Shown: piece after piece, positions 32,079 to 41,584 of the stretch | Layout: the number at the start of each line of letters is the position of its first letter | Numbering within the stretch: position 1 is the first letter of the stretch | DNA from: Candidatus Ozemobacteraceae bacterium | GTDB lineage: Bacteria; Muiribacteriota; Ozemobacteria; Ozemobacterales; Ozemobacteraceae | Direction of reading: 5' to 3' | DNA length: 64,000 bases | Assembly: GCA_965140445.1 (NCBI GenBank) | Contig: OZ223236.1 | Coordinates: 3,744,001-3,808,000 of the forward strand | Notes under the pieces: model-generated | What the model was told of the DNA's origin: nothing | Database searches by the model: none | The model's input: the letters and a program-made list of their open reading frames with translations, nothing else | Translations under genes and position numbers: made by a program

Positions 32079-32192
32079 TAAATTTAATCGAGACCTTCTG
32101 CACTTAATTTTCGCCTATTTCCATGGCAAAATAAAATACAGGAGATCCATTCCCCTGTATTTGGTTTGTTTTATGTGAATAAAAGAATGATT

Positions 32193-32522
32193 TTATTTTG
32201 GAGGTAGTGAATCTGCAAAAGTCTCGCAGAGATTTACCCAAACCTTCAAATCATCATCATTTGTAACACCATCTGGTTTAACCATAACAAATCCAGGTAT
32301 CGGAGCACCCATCAAATCCATTGGACGGGCATGTGGCAATGTTAAAGCTTCCTGATACTTATCTGGACCGACTCGAGCCATCAGATCATCATTCAAAACA
32401 CCAATACATTTGTGGTTTGAGACTTTGAATGCAAGGCCGCCATACATCCCTTCTTCCTGCAAATCACTTCTGTGTGATAAGGCCTCTCTTAATCTTTGCG
32501 CTAAAGTTTCGTTATAAGCCAT
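32193..32522 (-). CDS. TfoX/Sxy N-terminal domain protein
   Basis: MAYNETLAQRLR, MYGGLAF, DLMARVGPD, HARPMD, DSLPPK. Confidence 0.85.
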   Translation of the reverse strand: MAYNETLAQRLREALSHRSDLQEEGMYGGLAFKVSNHKCIGVLNDDLMARVGPDKYQEALTLPHARPMDLMGAPIPGFVMVKPDGVTNDDDLKVWVNLCETFADSLPPK

Positions 32523-32668
32523 AGTTCATTTCCAATCCTTTTTTGAAGTCTATGCCTTTTAGTGGCATCAATTTTAAGTTCTGGAAAACTTACCAGATTC
32601 ATTTATTCATGGCAAATTACTGTAATTCTGTAGTTTGAGCAAATGATTTTTTGGAATTTTGCTCTGGG

Positions 32669-33358
32669 TTAATTAATTCTATTTCCTGGGCTAGTCTTTA
32701 AAGCTTCATACAAGGCAAAGCTATCAAACAATAATTTTTTAAACCCACCCGGCTCAATTCTTTTCCCCAGGTGAAAAACCATTATTCTGTCAGCAGCTTC
32801 GAACTGGATATTTTCATCTTTGAGCGATACAAATCTATTACGCAATCTCTGGTTAAACAATTTTCGAACCAAAGCCTCATTATCACCCTGCAGGACGAAA
32901 GCATCAGAAAAGTTCTTGTCCTCTGCAAAATTGATGTCCTGGCCACCAAAAAGCTTACCAAGAAAATCAAACAATCTGATCTCTTTGCGCAAAAAGCATC
33001 TGGGAAGAGACAGATCTGGTGACTCCAGCAAGCACACGCTTTGGATGTGAGTCTGACTGTTTTTGCCATGTCCGGTAACGTATGAATATTCCGCAATAAT
33101 AATTTCAACGTTATCTTTACTGCCAATTAAGCAATTTCTCGCTCTTCTACTTCGGCCAGTGCTAAATAGCTTGAGCTTTTCGAACTTTTGAAAAATCCCA
33201 TTGGAATATTCTATATACTTAAAGCCCGTGCTGCTGGATATTTTTTTCCAGCCTTCTCTTCGCTTTTTATCCATTATCTGGGAATAAATAAAGGCAATAA
33301 CGGCTAAAACAATAAAAAAACCAAAACCGCAATAAAGGATTAATTCACTTTTATCCAC
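32669..33358 (-). CDS. Membrane-anchored hypothetical protein, tandem paralog 4 of 4
   Basis: N-terminal TM. Shared motif YSYVTG..FGGQDINF.ED..FSDAFVLQG. GTG start with AGGAG RBS. Confidence 0.8.
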   Translation of the reverse strand: MDKSELILYCGFGFFIVLAVIAFIYSQIMDKKRREGWKKISSSTGFKYIEYSNGIFQKFEKLKLFSTGRSRRARNCLIGSKDNVEIIIAEYSYVTGHGKNSQTHIQSVCLLESPDLSLPRCFLRKEIRLFDFLGKLFGGQDINFAEDKNFSDAFVLQGDNEALVRKLFNQRLRNRFVSLKDENIQFEAADRIMVFHLGKRIEPGGFKKLLFDSFALYEALKTSPGNRIN

Positions 33359-33376
33359 TATATCTCCTGCAATAAA

Positions 33377-34060
33377 CTATGCTTGATCGTTCTGTCTGGC
33401 TTTTATAGCATCAAAAATGGCAAAGCTATCAAAAAGCATTTTCTTAACTTCATTTGGCTGAATATATTTGCCCCGGTGAAAAATCATTGTATTACCAAGA
33501 GCTTCAAATTGGATATTTTCATCTTTAAAACTGCTGAAACGATTGCGAACTTGTTGGTTAAACAGGTTTCGAACGGCACCTTCATCTTCCCCCTGTAAAA
33601 CAAAAGCGTCAGAAAAAGTTTTATCTTCCGCAAAGTTAATGTCCTGCCCACCAAAAAGTTTTCCAAGAAAATCAAAAAGCTTCACTTCTTTTCTTACAAA
33701 ACAATGCGGAATAGACAGTTCAGGGCTGGAAAGCAAGCATAGGGTCTGCATATGCGTAGTGCTGTTTTTTCCGCTGCCAGTGACATAAGAATAGTCAGCT
33801 AAAACGATTTCCACTTCTTCTTTCGAACCACGTAGACAGTTATAAACATCATGCCTTCTACCTTTACTGAACAGCTTTAGTTTGGAATAGGTAGATAAAA
33901 TCTCTGGTGCTTTCTCGTAATATTCAAAACCTGTGCTTGCGGCAATTTTTCGCCAGGCCTCTTTTCGTTTCTTTTCCTGAAGCCATGCATAATAGACCAA
34001 CCCTACAATAAAAATCAAAACTCCTATAAATATTGCTACACCTACAAAATCTTCACTCAT
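33377..34060 (-). CDS. Membrane-anchored hypothetical protein, tandem paralog 3 of 4
   Basis: Same architecture. ATG 34060 with GGAGG RBS (MSEDFVGV...). Confidence 0.8.
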   Translation of the reverse strand: MSEDFVGVAIFIGVLIFIVGLVYYAWLQEKKRKEAWRKIAASTGFEYYEKAPEILSTYSKLKLFSKGRRHDVYNCLRGSKEEVEIVLADYSYVTGSGKNSTTHMQTLCLLSSPELSIPHCFVRKEVKLFDFLGKLFGGQDINFAEDKTFSDAFVLQGEDEGAVRNLFNQQVRNRFSSFKDENIQFEALGNTMIFHRGKYIQPNEVKKMLFDSFAIFDAIKARQNDQA

Positions 34061-34169
34061 AAGCCCTCCAAAAAGTTTTGCTTCTAAATTTAAACTTCCA
34101 TCAAAGTAAAAAAATGCGCCAGAGTAACATCCATCAAAACCTCTGTTAACATAATGATACAAAATTTTT

Positions 34170-34847
34170 CTATTGAGCGATATTTTCTTTTAAAGCCTCC
34201 ACAATTTCAAGGCCATTTGCCAGCATTTGAGGCATTTCAGCTGGTTCAATAAATCGGCTATAATGAAAGAGAACAACATCCTCAAAAGCCTCAAATCTAA
34301 TATCTTCCTTCTTCAGGCTTACGAAACAATTTCTCACCTTTTGTGAAAAATAGGTTTTAACATCATATTCATCCGAACCTTTCAAAATAAAATCGCTTGA
34401 AAAAGCAAAATCATTTTCAAAGTTAATATCCTGCCCGCCCAGAATTTTTATCAGATAGTCTAGCCCCAACGCCTCAGGCAACAAATTGCATCTTGGCATG
34501 TTTAGCTCTTTAAGCCTCAAAATACATAAGGTTTGTTTCCATACCGTAAAGCTATCCCCTAATTTTGTTACATATGAAAAATCAGCAACAATTATTTCCA
34601 CGTCATCTTTAAAGCCCCTTAAGCAATTTGTGATAGAAGGGTTTTCGCCGATACCAAGCTCGTTCATTTTTTTGTATTCAACTAAAATTTCAGGGGCCTT
34701 AAACGAGTATATCAATCCCGTCTTTTTCGCAATTTTGATCCATTTTGCCTTACGGGCTTTAGCCTTGGAATACTCATGCCACAGAACAAAGGCTAACAAA
34801 AGAACAGTAGCAACGGCCGCCAAAAAATAAATTGTAAAGTCTGACAA
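34170..34847 (-). CDS. Membrane-anchored hypothetical protein, tandem paralog 2 of 4
   Basis: Same architecture (LGGQDINFEND..FSSDFILKG). TTG start with GAGGAGG RBS. Confidence 0.8.
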   Translation of the reverse strand: MSDFTIYFLAAVATVLLLAFVLWHEYSKAKARKAKWIKIAKKTGLIYSFKAPEILVEYKKMNELGIGENPSITNCLRGFKDDVEIIVADFSYVTKLGDSFTVWKQTLCILRLKELNMPRCNLLPEALGLDYLIKILGGQDINFENDFAFSSDFILKGSDEYDVKTYFSQKVRNCFVSLKKEDIRFEAFEDVVLFHYSRFIEPAEMPQMLANGLEIVEALKENIAQ

Positions 34848-34913
34848 AATTGCCTCCTCATAAAGGCCTGTTACAAATTTTCCAAAAGGATATGTCGCCT
34901 TGGAATTTAGGAG

Positions 34914-35597
34914 TCACGCCCTATTTCCCTCACTATTCTTAAGGGCTTCAAACAATGTAAATGCATCTTCCAACATATTGTCCATTTCACTGGGGGCAAG
35001 ATGTCTCCCATAATGAATAACAATTGTTCTGCCCTTCCCTTCAAAAACAAGTTTTCTATCACTAACCGCGCAAAACTGGTCCCTCACCTCTTGATCAAAA
35101 AGGCGTCTAATTCTTTCCACTTCAAGCCCGTTTAGAATAAAAGCATCTGAAAAGCTTTTGTCATCATAAAAATTGATATCTTTTGCTCCAAAAACTTTTC
35201 CAATAAAATCAAAAAACCGATTTTCCCTTCTCGCAAAACACCCCGGCAAATTTAGGTCTTTACTGTCCAAAATGCACAGGGTCTGTCCATAATAGCTTCT
35301 GTTTTTGCCATGTCCAACCACATAGGAATAGTCTGTAACTATAACTTCCACGCCATCCCTGGTGGTTCTAATGCAATTGAAAACTCTCGGACTATGGCCC
35401 TTCTTAAAAATTTTCAACTCAGGAAAAGTTCCACGTATTTCTGGAGCTTCGACTGAATAATCATAGCCATAGGCTTTTGCATGTGCTTCCCACTCCATGG
35501 CCCGTTTTTTCCTTCTGTGCCACTTCCATAAAATGTAAACACAAAGAATTGCAAACAATGCAAAAGTGAATAATGTGATCTTAATGTTAAATTCCAA
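34914..35597 (-). CDS. Membrane-anchored hypothetical protein, tandem paralog 1 of 4
   Basis: Same architecture (FGAKDINFYDDKSFSDAFILNG). Confidence 0.8.
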   Translation of the reverse strand: MEFNIKITLFTFALFAILCVYILWKWHRRKKRAMEWEAHAKAYGYDYSVEAPEIRGTFPELKIFKKGHSPRVFNCIRTTRDGVEVIVTDYSYVVGHGKNRSYYGQTLCILDSKDLNLPGCFARRENRFFDFIGKVFGAKDINFYDDKSFSDAFILNGLEVERIRRLFDQEVRDQFCAVSDRKLVFEGKGRTIVIHYGRHLAPSEMDNMLEDAFTLFEALKNSEGNRA

Positions 35598-35686
35598 AAT
35601 TTACCCCGCAGTCCCGCAGCCCGCAGTTCCACATACACCCTATCAAAAGACCCTCAAAAACTCATTGCAAAGAAGATTATGAAATC

Positions 35687-36139
35687 CTAGATTTCAAGCT
35701 TAAGCCGACTCTTAACCTTTAACAAATCCTCGGTGCTTGCCTTTAGATGGTCAGAAACAAATTCCACTGAATCAAAATTCATAATAAATCTTGCGCTGGT
35801 GACATCAGTTCTTTCCTGCATGGGTAAAACGTGCGCGTGGGTATGAGGAATATCATTACCCGTAAAAATGAATGCCACCCGTTCAACCTCATAAACCTTC
35901 TTTAAATGTTTTGCAATCTTTTGCCCCACATTAATAATTTTCCCGGCAAGCTCAGGAGGCAAAGTTTCAAATGTTTCAAAGTGTTTCTTGGGAATAATCT
36001 GACAATGACCTTCTCTAATAGGCCTTATATCAAGAAAAACAAGAATATCCTCGTCTTCCCATAAAACTACAGAATCAATAACTTTTGCTCCGATCTGGCA
36101 AAACAGACAATTTTCCAAAACCATTCTCCAACCGTTCAA
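35687..36139 (-). CDS. HIT family hydrolase
   Basis: CLFC, FLDIRPIREGHCQIIPKKH, and the HTHAHVLP histidine triad. Exact start uncertain. Confidence 0.9.
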   Translation of the reverse strand: MNGWRMVLENCLFCQIGAKVIDSVVLWEDEDILVFLDIRPIREGHCQIIPKKHFETFETLPPELAGKIINVGQKIAKHLKKVYEVERVAFIFTGNDIPHTHAHVLPMQERTDVTSARFIMNFDSVEFVSDHLKASTEDLLKVKSRLKLEI

Positions 36140-36173
36140 ATAATGAGTTCATTCAATGTTCAACTAAACTAGA

Positions 36174-36572
36174 TTAACTGACAACAACTTTACAAACACT
36201 CTCTTCCGAATGAATTCGCACCAAAACTTTATCAGCACCAAGACGATAAAGGTTAGCCAGACGATGCAAGCCGTCAAGCACGCACAGCCGTTTTTCAAAA
36301 GATACAAAGTCTAATGGGAAGGTTGTATCCGCGCTTACTACCCTTTCATACTGCCAGGGAGAAAGATTCGGATCAGTCAAAACCTCCAGCGGAGTAACAT
36401 TAAATTTCATGCCGCAACCAGCTTCTTTTGTCCAGAATGGCAAAGCCAGTAAATACAAAAATTCCTGTATGCTTTTCTCCTGCAGCGGAGCTGAAAGCTT
36501 CCAAACCTTCTTAACATCCCAATTAAAGGGTAAAAGATGATCCTGCAATGACAAGGGAATTTTTTTCTGCAC
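36174..36572 (-). CDS. Small ParB/Sulfiredoxin-like domain protein
   Basis: FPLDF....LCVLDGLHRLA motif. GTG 36572 has a GGAG/AGGA RBS. Confidence 0.55.
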   Translation of the reverse strand: MQKKIPLSLQDHLLPFNWDVKKVWKLSAPLQEKSIQEFLYLLALPFWTKEAGCGMKFNVTPLEVLTDPNLSPWQYERVVSADTTFPLDFVSFEKRLCVLDGLHRLANLYRLGADKVLVRIHSEESVCKVVVS

Positions 36573-36705
36573 TAATCCTGCTCCCCGGAACCCCAGAATA
36601 AATTGCGGCATATTAACCAATACCAACTAATGTTACCGCAAAGGTACATTCCACGCCTATTCTTTTTTGACCGTTATAGTGTTAAAATACCCATAGGAGA
36701 TAACT

Positions 36706-37089
36706 ATGATTTCGGACCTCGATAGTATAAAAAAACAAGCCTTCATCTATGATCTTGATGAAGATTTTGTAATCATTGCCGGAAGAACCAGCCGCGATAA
36801 TGACTTTATAAGTATGAAGGTTGCCGGGCAAACTGACTGGTGGTTCCATGTCAGCGGAGTCCCTGGAAGCCATGTATTACTTCGCTCAAAAAATGGAGCA
36901 GAACCAGACAAAAAACTGCTTGAGATTGCTGCTTCAGTAGCTGCATATCACAGCAAAGCCAGAAATGCAGGAACAACTGCTGTCTCTGGCACTCTAGCGA
37001 AAAATGTAAGTAAACCCAGTGGCGTTCCTGCTGGTACGGTCTATATAAAGAAAGAAAGGACTTTTAAAGTCAAACCTGCCCTACCTTAG
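36706..37089 (+). CDS. NFACT-R RNA-binding domain protein (DUF814)
   Basis: IIAGRTSRDNDFIS, DWWFHVSGVPGSHV, AASVAAYHSKAR, VSKPSG.PAG.V. Confidence 0.88.
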   Translation: MISDLDSIKKQAFIYDLDEDFVIIAGRTSRDNDFISMKVAGQTDWWFHVSGVPGSHVLLRSKNGAEPDKKLLEIAASVAAYHSKARNAGTTAVSGTLAKNVSKPSGVPAGTVYIKKERTFKVKPALP

Positions 37090-37106
37090 ATATGATGGAG
37101 GATCAC

Positions 37107-38078
37107 ATGAATAAAAAATATATCTTGCTAGCCATAGCAATTTCTCTTTGTTTAAGCATTTCCGCTGATGCTGCGAATAGAAGACGGGGAAAAAATGGTA
37201 AAAAACCCATTCCTGAAGCTCTCAAAAAATTTGATTTGAATATGGATGGCAAAATCACTTTCGAAGAAAGAAAAGCGTATCTTGATGCGCAAAGAAATAA
37301 AACTCCCATTGAAGCCAGTGATAATAATCAAGATGGCAAGTTGGATAAGTACGAAAGAATTATGGCCCGCGATAGAAAGATAAAAGAAATGGATAAGGAC
37401 GGGGATGGGAAAATAAGTAAAGAAGAACGACAAGCGGGAATGGCAGCTAGAAAAGCGGCTATGGAAGAAAAAATGAAACAAAGAATAGCTGAATTTGATG
37501 CTGATGGCGACGGAATGCTTTCAGATGCAGAAAAAGCCAATGCCAGACAATCCAGACTCCAGAATTTGAAAACAAAAAATCCAGAAGCCTACCAAAAGCT
37601 GATAACAAAATTCGATAAAAATGGTGATGGCATACTTGACGCCACAGAATTGAAGCCGGATTTCAATAAGATGAAACCACGCCCCACAGGATCTGGCTCA
37701 GCTGGGTTTATGAACGATACAAACAGGGGAATGTTTAGAAGGAATGGTCAGCCAAAAGCTTTCGGTCAGCAAAAAGCTTTTGGCCAGGAAAATCCTCAAA
37801 AAATTGAAAATCAAGAAAACAAGCCATTCCCTCGAAACCCCGGTTTATTCCCACGAAAAAACGGCAACTCTCCATTTGGAAAAAAACCTGAAACAAATGC
37901 AACTGGTGATGATGGCGGATTTCTAACTGGCGTAGACGAAGGACCAAGACCAATGATTGACGGACCTGGCAACCCTCAGGCAATTCATGATGCCAATCAG
38001 GAAAACCTCAATGCAGAAACAGACCAGCAGAACATGAGTAGCGAAGATGAAAAGCTTCTTGAATTGTTGGACTTCTGA
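37107..38078 (+). CDS. Secreted multi-EF-hand calcium-binding protein
   Basis: Signal peptide. Five DxN/DxDG loops (DLNMDG, DNNQDG, DKDGDG, DADGDG, DKNGDG) and a low-complexity C-terminus. GGAGG RBS before ATG 37107. Confidence 0.82.
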   Translation: MNKKYILLAIAISLCLSISADAANRRRGKNGKKPIPEALKKFDLNMDGKITFEERKAYLDAQRNKTPIEASDNNQDGKLDKYERIMARDRKIKEMDKDGDGKISKEERQAGMAARKAAMEEKMKQRIAEFDADGDGMLSDAEKANARQSRLQNLKTKNPEAYQKLITKFDKNGDGILDATELKPDFNKMKPRPTGSGSAGFMNDTNRGMFRRNGQPKAFGQQKAFGQENPQKIENQENKPFPRNPGLFPRKNGNSPFGKKPETNATGDDGGFLTGVDEGPRPMIDGPGNPQAIHDANQENLNAETDQQNMSSEDEKLLELLDF

Positions 38079-38100
38079 TTCACATTTTTACTTAAAATAA

Positions 38101-38139
38101 AAAAGGTGTCTTTCAGCCATAGGCCGAAAGACACCTTTT
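38101..38139. terminator. Bidirectional terminator
   Basis: AAAAGGTGTCTTTC...GAAAGACACCTTTT. Confidence 0.8.
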
Positions 38140-38155
38140 GTTTTTAGTAATTCAC

Positions 38156-38926
38156 TTACCTGAGATCGAAACTGCTAAAATCAACTCCCGGGTAAAAAAT
38201 TCTTGGCGGGAAACCAACTTCAAATCTGGTATCAATGGTCATACCACCATTTTTTTCGTAAATCTCAAGTTGTTTTTTTATAGATTCTATCCTGAATACC
38301 TCAGCCATAACCCAGGTCATCTGTTCCTGATAAATATATTCAGTAAGCTCTATTAAAGGTTTTAATCGATTAAGAACATCTAAATTATGTTCTTTCGTCT
38401 TTTTTGCATTTTCATTTTTGGGCATTTCATTATCAACCATAGCAAAGCTTTCATCCCAAACAGATCTAATGGTAAAAAAGGATTTATCAATTTCTTTATC
38501 AAAAATCAGATCCTTCATCTCTTCAGTAGCAATATCAGCTAAAGCAATTAACATTTCGCGATCAGCCTTGCTTTTAAAACTACCCACACCCAGGCATCCG
38601 TAAAAATTTTTTAATCCGCCCTGAATTCGCTTGGCCCTTTCATTTAAGGAAATGGACAATCCCATTAGCCCAGCACCAATAGGTTTATTTGGCTCAACAA
38701 CAAAAATATTTTTCAGGTTGCGAAAAAGTACGTCTACAATCGCTGCTTTTGCAGATTCACTTACAACTTTTGACTGACTCTCCAGCTTTCCAAAAAGGTT
38801 GCGCAAAACAATGAACTTATTGATATACGGACTTCTAACGCTACCAGTCGGCACAGGAAAGCGTGCATAACCTGAAGCAGTCACTAGAATCATAAAACAA
38901 AGAAAAGCAATAGTTTTTCTAACCAT
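38156..38926 (-). CDS. Hypothetical secreted protein
   Basis: Signal peptide MVRKTIAFLCFMILVTASGYA. GGGAG RBS. Confidence 0.65.
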   Translation of the reverse strand: MVRKTIAFLCFMILVTASGYARFPVPTGSVRSPYINKFIVLRNLFGKLESQSKVVSESAKAAIVDVLFRNLKNIFVVEPNKPIGAGLMGLSISLNERAKRIQGGLKNFYGCLGVGSFKSKADREMLIALADIATEEMKDLIFDKEIDKSFFTIRSVWDESFAMVDNEMPKNENAKKTKEHNLDVLNRLKPLIELTEYIYQEQMTWVMAEVFRIESIKKQLEIYEKNGGMTIDTRFEVGFPPRIFYPGVDFSSFDLR

Positions 38927-39136
38927 GAATCTCTCCCTATTATTCAATTTATTAAATAATTACAAAGATAAACTTATCATCAAAACATCACCATTAATAG
39001 AGTAAATTTGCAGTTTATTGTAGAATATAAATATCAAAGAAAAAATTAAACCCTCCCTGATTAATTCAATATTCACAGCAGCACATTTAATGTTTTTTCG
39101 TAATTGCTTATTTCTAGCGGTTAATGGGAGATATGA

Positions 39137-41548
39137 ATGAAAAAGATAGCCAGACTAGAGTTTAAATCTAATTCAGCAAAAAAGGTTTCTGTGGCTGGAG
39201 ACTTCAATAGATGGTGTGGATCTGAGGATGGAATTCTGGATTTAGATTCCGGAAAAATGACAAGAGACAGCGATGGCATATGGTTCTTTGAACTAAAAAA
39301 GATTGATCCGGGAACCCACTTTTATAAATTCATCGTGGATGAAAAATGGGAACATGGGCAAAACAGAACTTTCTTTATAGATGAAAACCTGGAATTACTT
39401 GATCCAACTGGAGGCATAAAAGAAGTTGTTTTAATGACTCCAAACCTTATCAAGGTAGAGTTTAGCGATTTAGCGCAAATTCCGACTGCACCTTCCAAAG
39501 AAGATTTTAAAATTTTCCCGGAAGGTGAAGTTTTAGATTTAAAAGTAATTGATGCTGAAACTAACAAAGGAGTCGTTCTTGAATTAACCTGCGATCGTAT
39601 CAATGTTTGTAGTTCCATTACCCTCGAAATCAGCAATTTATGCAAAAGACCAATTATCAGACCGGTTAAGCATGACGGACTTTTTCAAAACTTTTTCATA
39701 TCTGATAAAGAGCTTGGAGTTACAATTGATCCAGGCACAGGAGATACCATTTTTCGAGTTTTTGCCCCAAGAGCAACGGCAGTTAAGTTAAGAATTTTCT
39801 CAGACGAACAAGCTTCAGTTCAAGAATATGAAGCCACTGGCTGGAAGGATTCAGACGGGGTCTGGGAAATCAGTGCCCCAGGAGTTTGGTGGGGAAAATT
39901 CTATGGCTTTAATCTTGACGGGCCATCAAATGATTTTGAAGGCTTTAAGCCAGAGGTTTTATGGCCGGACCCATATTGCAAAGCCTCATGGTTTCATAAT
40001 GGGCCATCAATCCTGATATCGCCAGACCAAGCCTCCGATGGGTTTAAAGAATGGAACGATGAGTTTTTCAAGACTCCTGAAAAAAGCGAATTAGTTATCT
40101 GGGAAGCCTCAGTTAGGGACATGACTACCCATCCATCTGCAAAAATTGCAGATAAGCTTTGTGGAAAATATCTCGGGATTGTTGATTCCAGAGTTCAAAA
40201 AACTGTAATTGAACATATTAAAACTCTTGGAGTCAATGCAGTAGAGCTTCTACCGGTATTCGAATTTGACGACAACCCTCCAGGCTCATATCACTGGGGA
40301 TATATGCCCAGCCTTTTCTTTGCCCCTGAAGCATCTTATGCAGTGAATCCACGAGGTGGTCAGGTTAATGAATTTAAGGCAATGGTTAACGCCTTGCATA
40401 AAGAAGGTCTGGCAGTAATTTTAGACGTTGTCTACAATCATACTGGTCTTCCAAACACGCTAATGGGTATGGATAAGCAATATTACTTCAGACATGATGG
40501 AAATATGGGGTTATTAAACTTTAGCGGTTGTGGGAATGATTTAAAAACAGAAAACCCAATGGTTAGAAAGCTTATAATTGACAGTTTAAAACATTGGATA
40601 CAGGAATATCATATTGATGGTTTCAGATTTGATCTGGCCGAACTCATAGACCATCAAACTCTCATTGACATCGAGAGAGAACTAACTTCCATAAAAGAGG
40701 ATATTGTCCTGATAGCAGAGCCATGGAGTTTCAGAGGAACCCTGAAAGGGAAGCTCAAAGGCACCAGCTGGGCAAGCTGGAATGATGATTTCAGAAATGG
40801 GGTCAGAGACTTTTGCCTGGAAAAACTGGATTCAGACAAATTAGGCGCAATACTCTGCGGTTCTTTAAAAACATGGACGGATCACCCTCTTCAGGCAGTA
40901 AATTATGTGGAATCCCATGATAACTACACTCTGGTTGACCATCTTTCTCAAACAAAGACAAAAAATGGATCTCAGCCAATGGACATTGATATCAGAAGAA
41001 ACCTTTTCTGCGCAGGCGCAACAATGCTTAGTCCTGGAATCCCAATGATTGCTGGTGGACAAGAGATGCTTAGAAGCAAAAAGGGGAATGAAAACTCTTA
41101 TAACGCCGGCGATGAGATAAATTGGATAAATTATGATCTGAAGAAAAAGTTTCCCTCTGTATTCAATTTTTATTCAGGTTTAATTGAATTTAGAAAGTCT
41201 CGTGATTTTGATCTGGTAAGGCTTGCAGATAAAGAGACCTGTCTTATGGCAAAAGAAATATACGCCGGAAAGGACGAAATTGGCATTTACTGGAGTCTCA
41301 TTGAAAAACCTGGACAGGACGTATTGATACTATTAAATAGAAATCCATTGAAATCCGCATTATTTGAGCTTAAGATAAATCACGGTGCGTGGAGACGTGC
41401 TGTGGGTGATTATCGAGTTTTTCTGGAAAAATCAATAGAATCCAAAGAAATCTACATATCCCGCAAAGAGAGAGATAAAGTTCAATTTCTTGTACCACCA
41501 ATGGGAATAGAAGTCTGGATTCCTGAAAAAAATAGAAATCGCTTTTAA
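39137..41548 (+). CDS. GH13 pullulanase/glycogen debranching enzyme with N-terminal CBM48
   Basis: VSVAGDFNRW, FRVFAP, YHWGY, DVVYNH, DGFRFDL, IAEPW, YVESHDN. Confidence 0.9.
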   Translation: MKKIARLEFKSNSAKKVSVAGDFNRWCGSEDGILDLDSGKMTRDSDGIWFFELKKIDPGTHFYKFIVDEKWEHGQNRTFFIDENLELLDPTGGIKEVVLMTPNLIKVEFSDLAQIPTAPSKEDFKIFPEGEVLDLKVIDAETNKGVVLELTCDRINVCSSITLEISNLCKRPIIRPVKHDGLFQNFFISDKELGVTIDPGTGDTIFRVFAPRATAVKLRIFSDEQASVQEYEATGWKDSDGVWEISAPGVWWGKFYGFNLDGPSNDFEGFKPEVLWPDPYCKASWFHNGPSILISPDQASDGFKEWNDEFFKTPEKSELVIWEASVRDMTTHPSAKIADKLCGKYLGIVDSRVQKTVIEHIKTLGVNAVELLPVFEFDDNPPGSYHWGYMPSLFFAPEASYAVNPRGGQVNEFKAMVNALHKEGLAVILDVVYNHTGLPNTLMGMDKQYYFRHDGNMGLLNFSGCGNDLKTENPMVRKLIIDSLKHWIQEYHIDGFRFDLAELIDHQTLIDIERELTSIKEDIVLIAEPWSFRGTLKGKLKGTSWASWNDDFRNGVRDFCLEKLDSDKLGAILCGSLKTWTDHPLQAVNYVESHDNYTLVDHLSQTKTKNGSQPMDIDIRRNLFCAGATMLSPGIPMIAGGQEMLRSKKGNENSYNAGDEINWINYDLKKKFPSVFNFYSGLIEFRKSRDFDLVRLADKETCLMAKEIYAGKDEIGIYWSLIEKPGQDVLILLNRNPLKSALFELKINHGAWRRAVGDYRVFLEKSIESKEIYISRKERDKVQFLVPPMGIEVWIPEKNRNRF

Positions 41549-41584
41549 AACAAAACACATTAAGGTCATTGCAGAGATAATTAG

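Noticed and set aside
35605..35626. CCGCAG repeated three times upstream of the paralog array
   Set aside because: Too short and imperfect to support phase variation or an operator.
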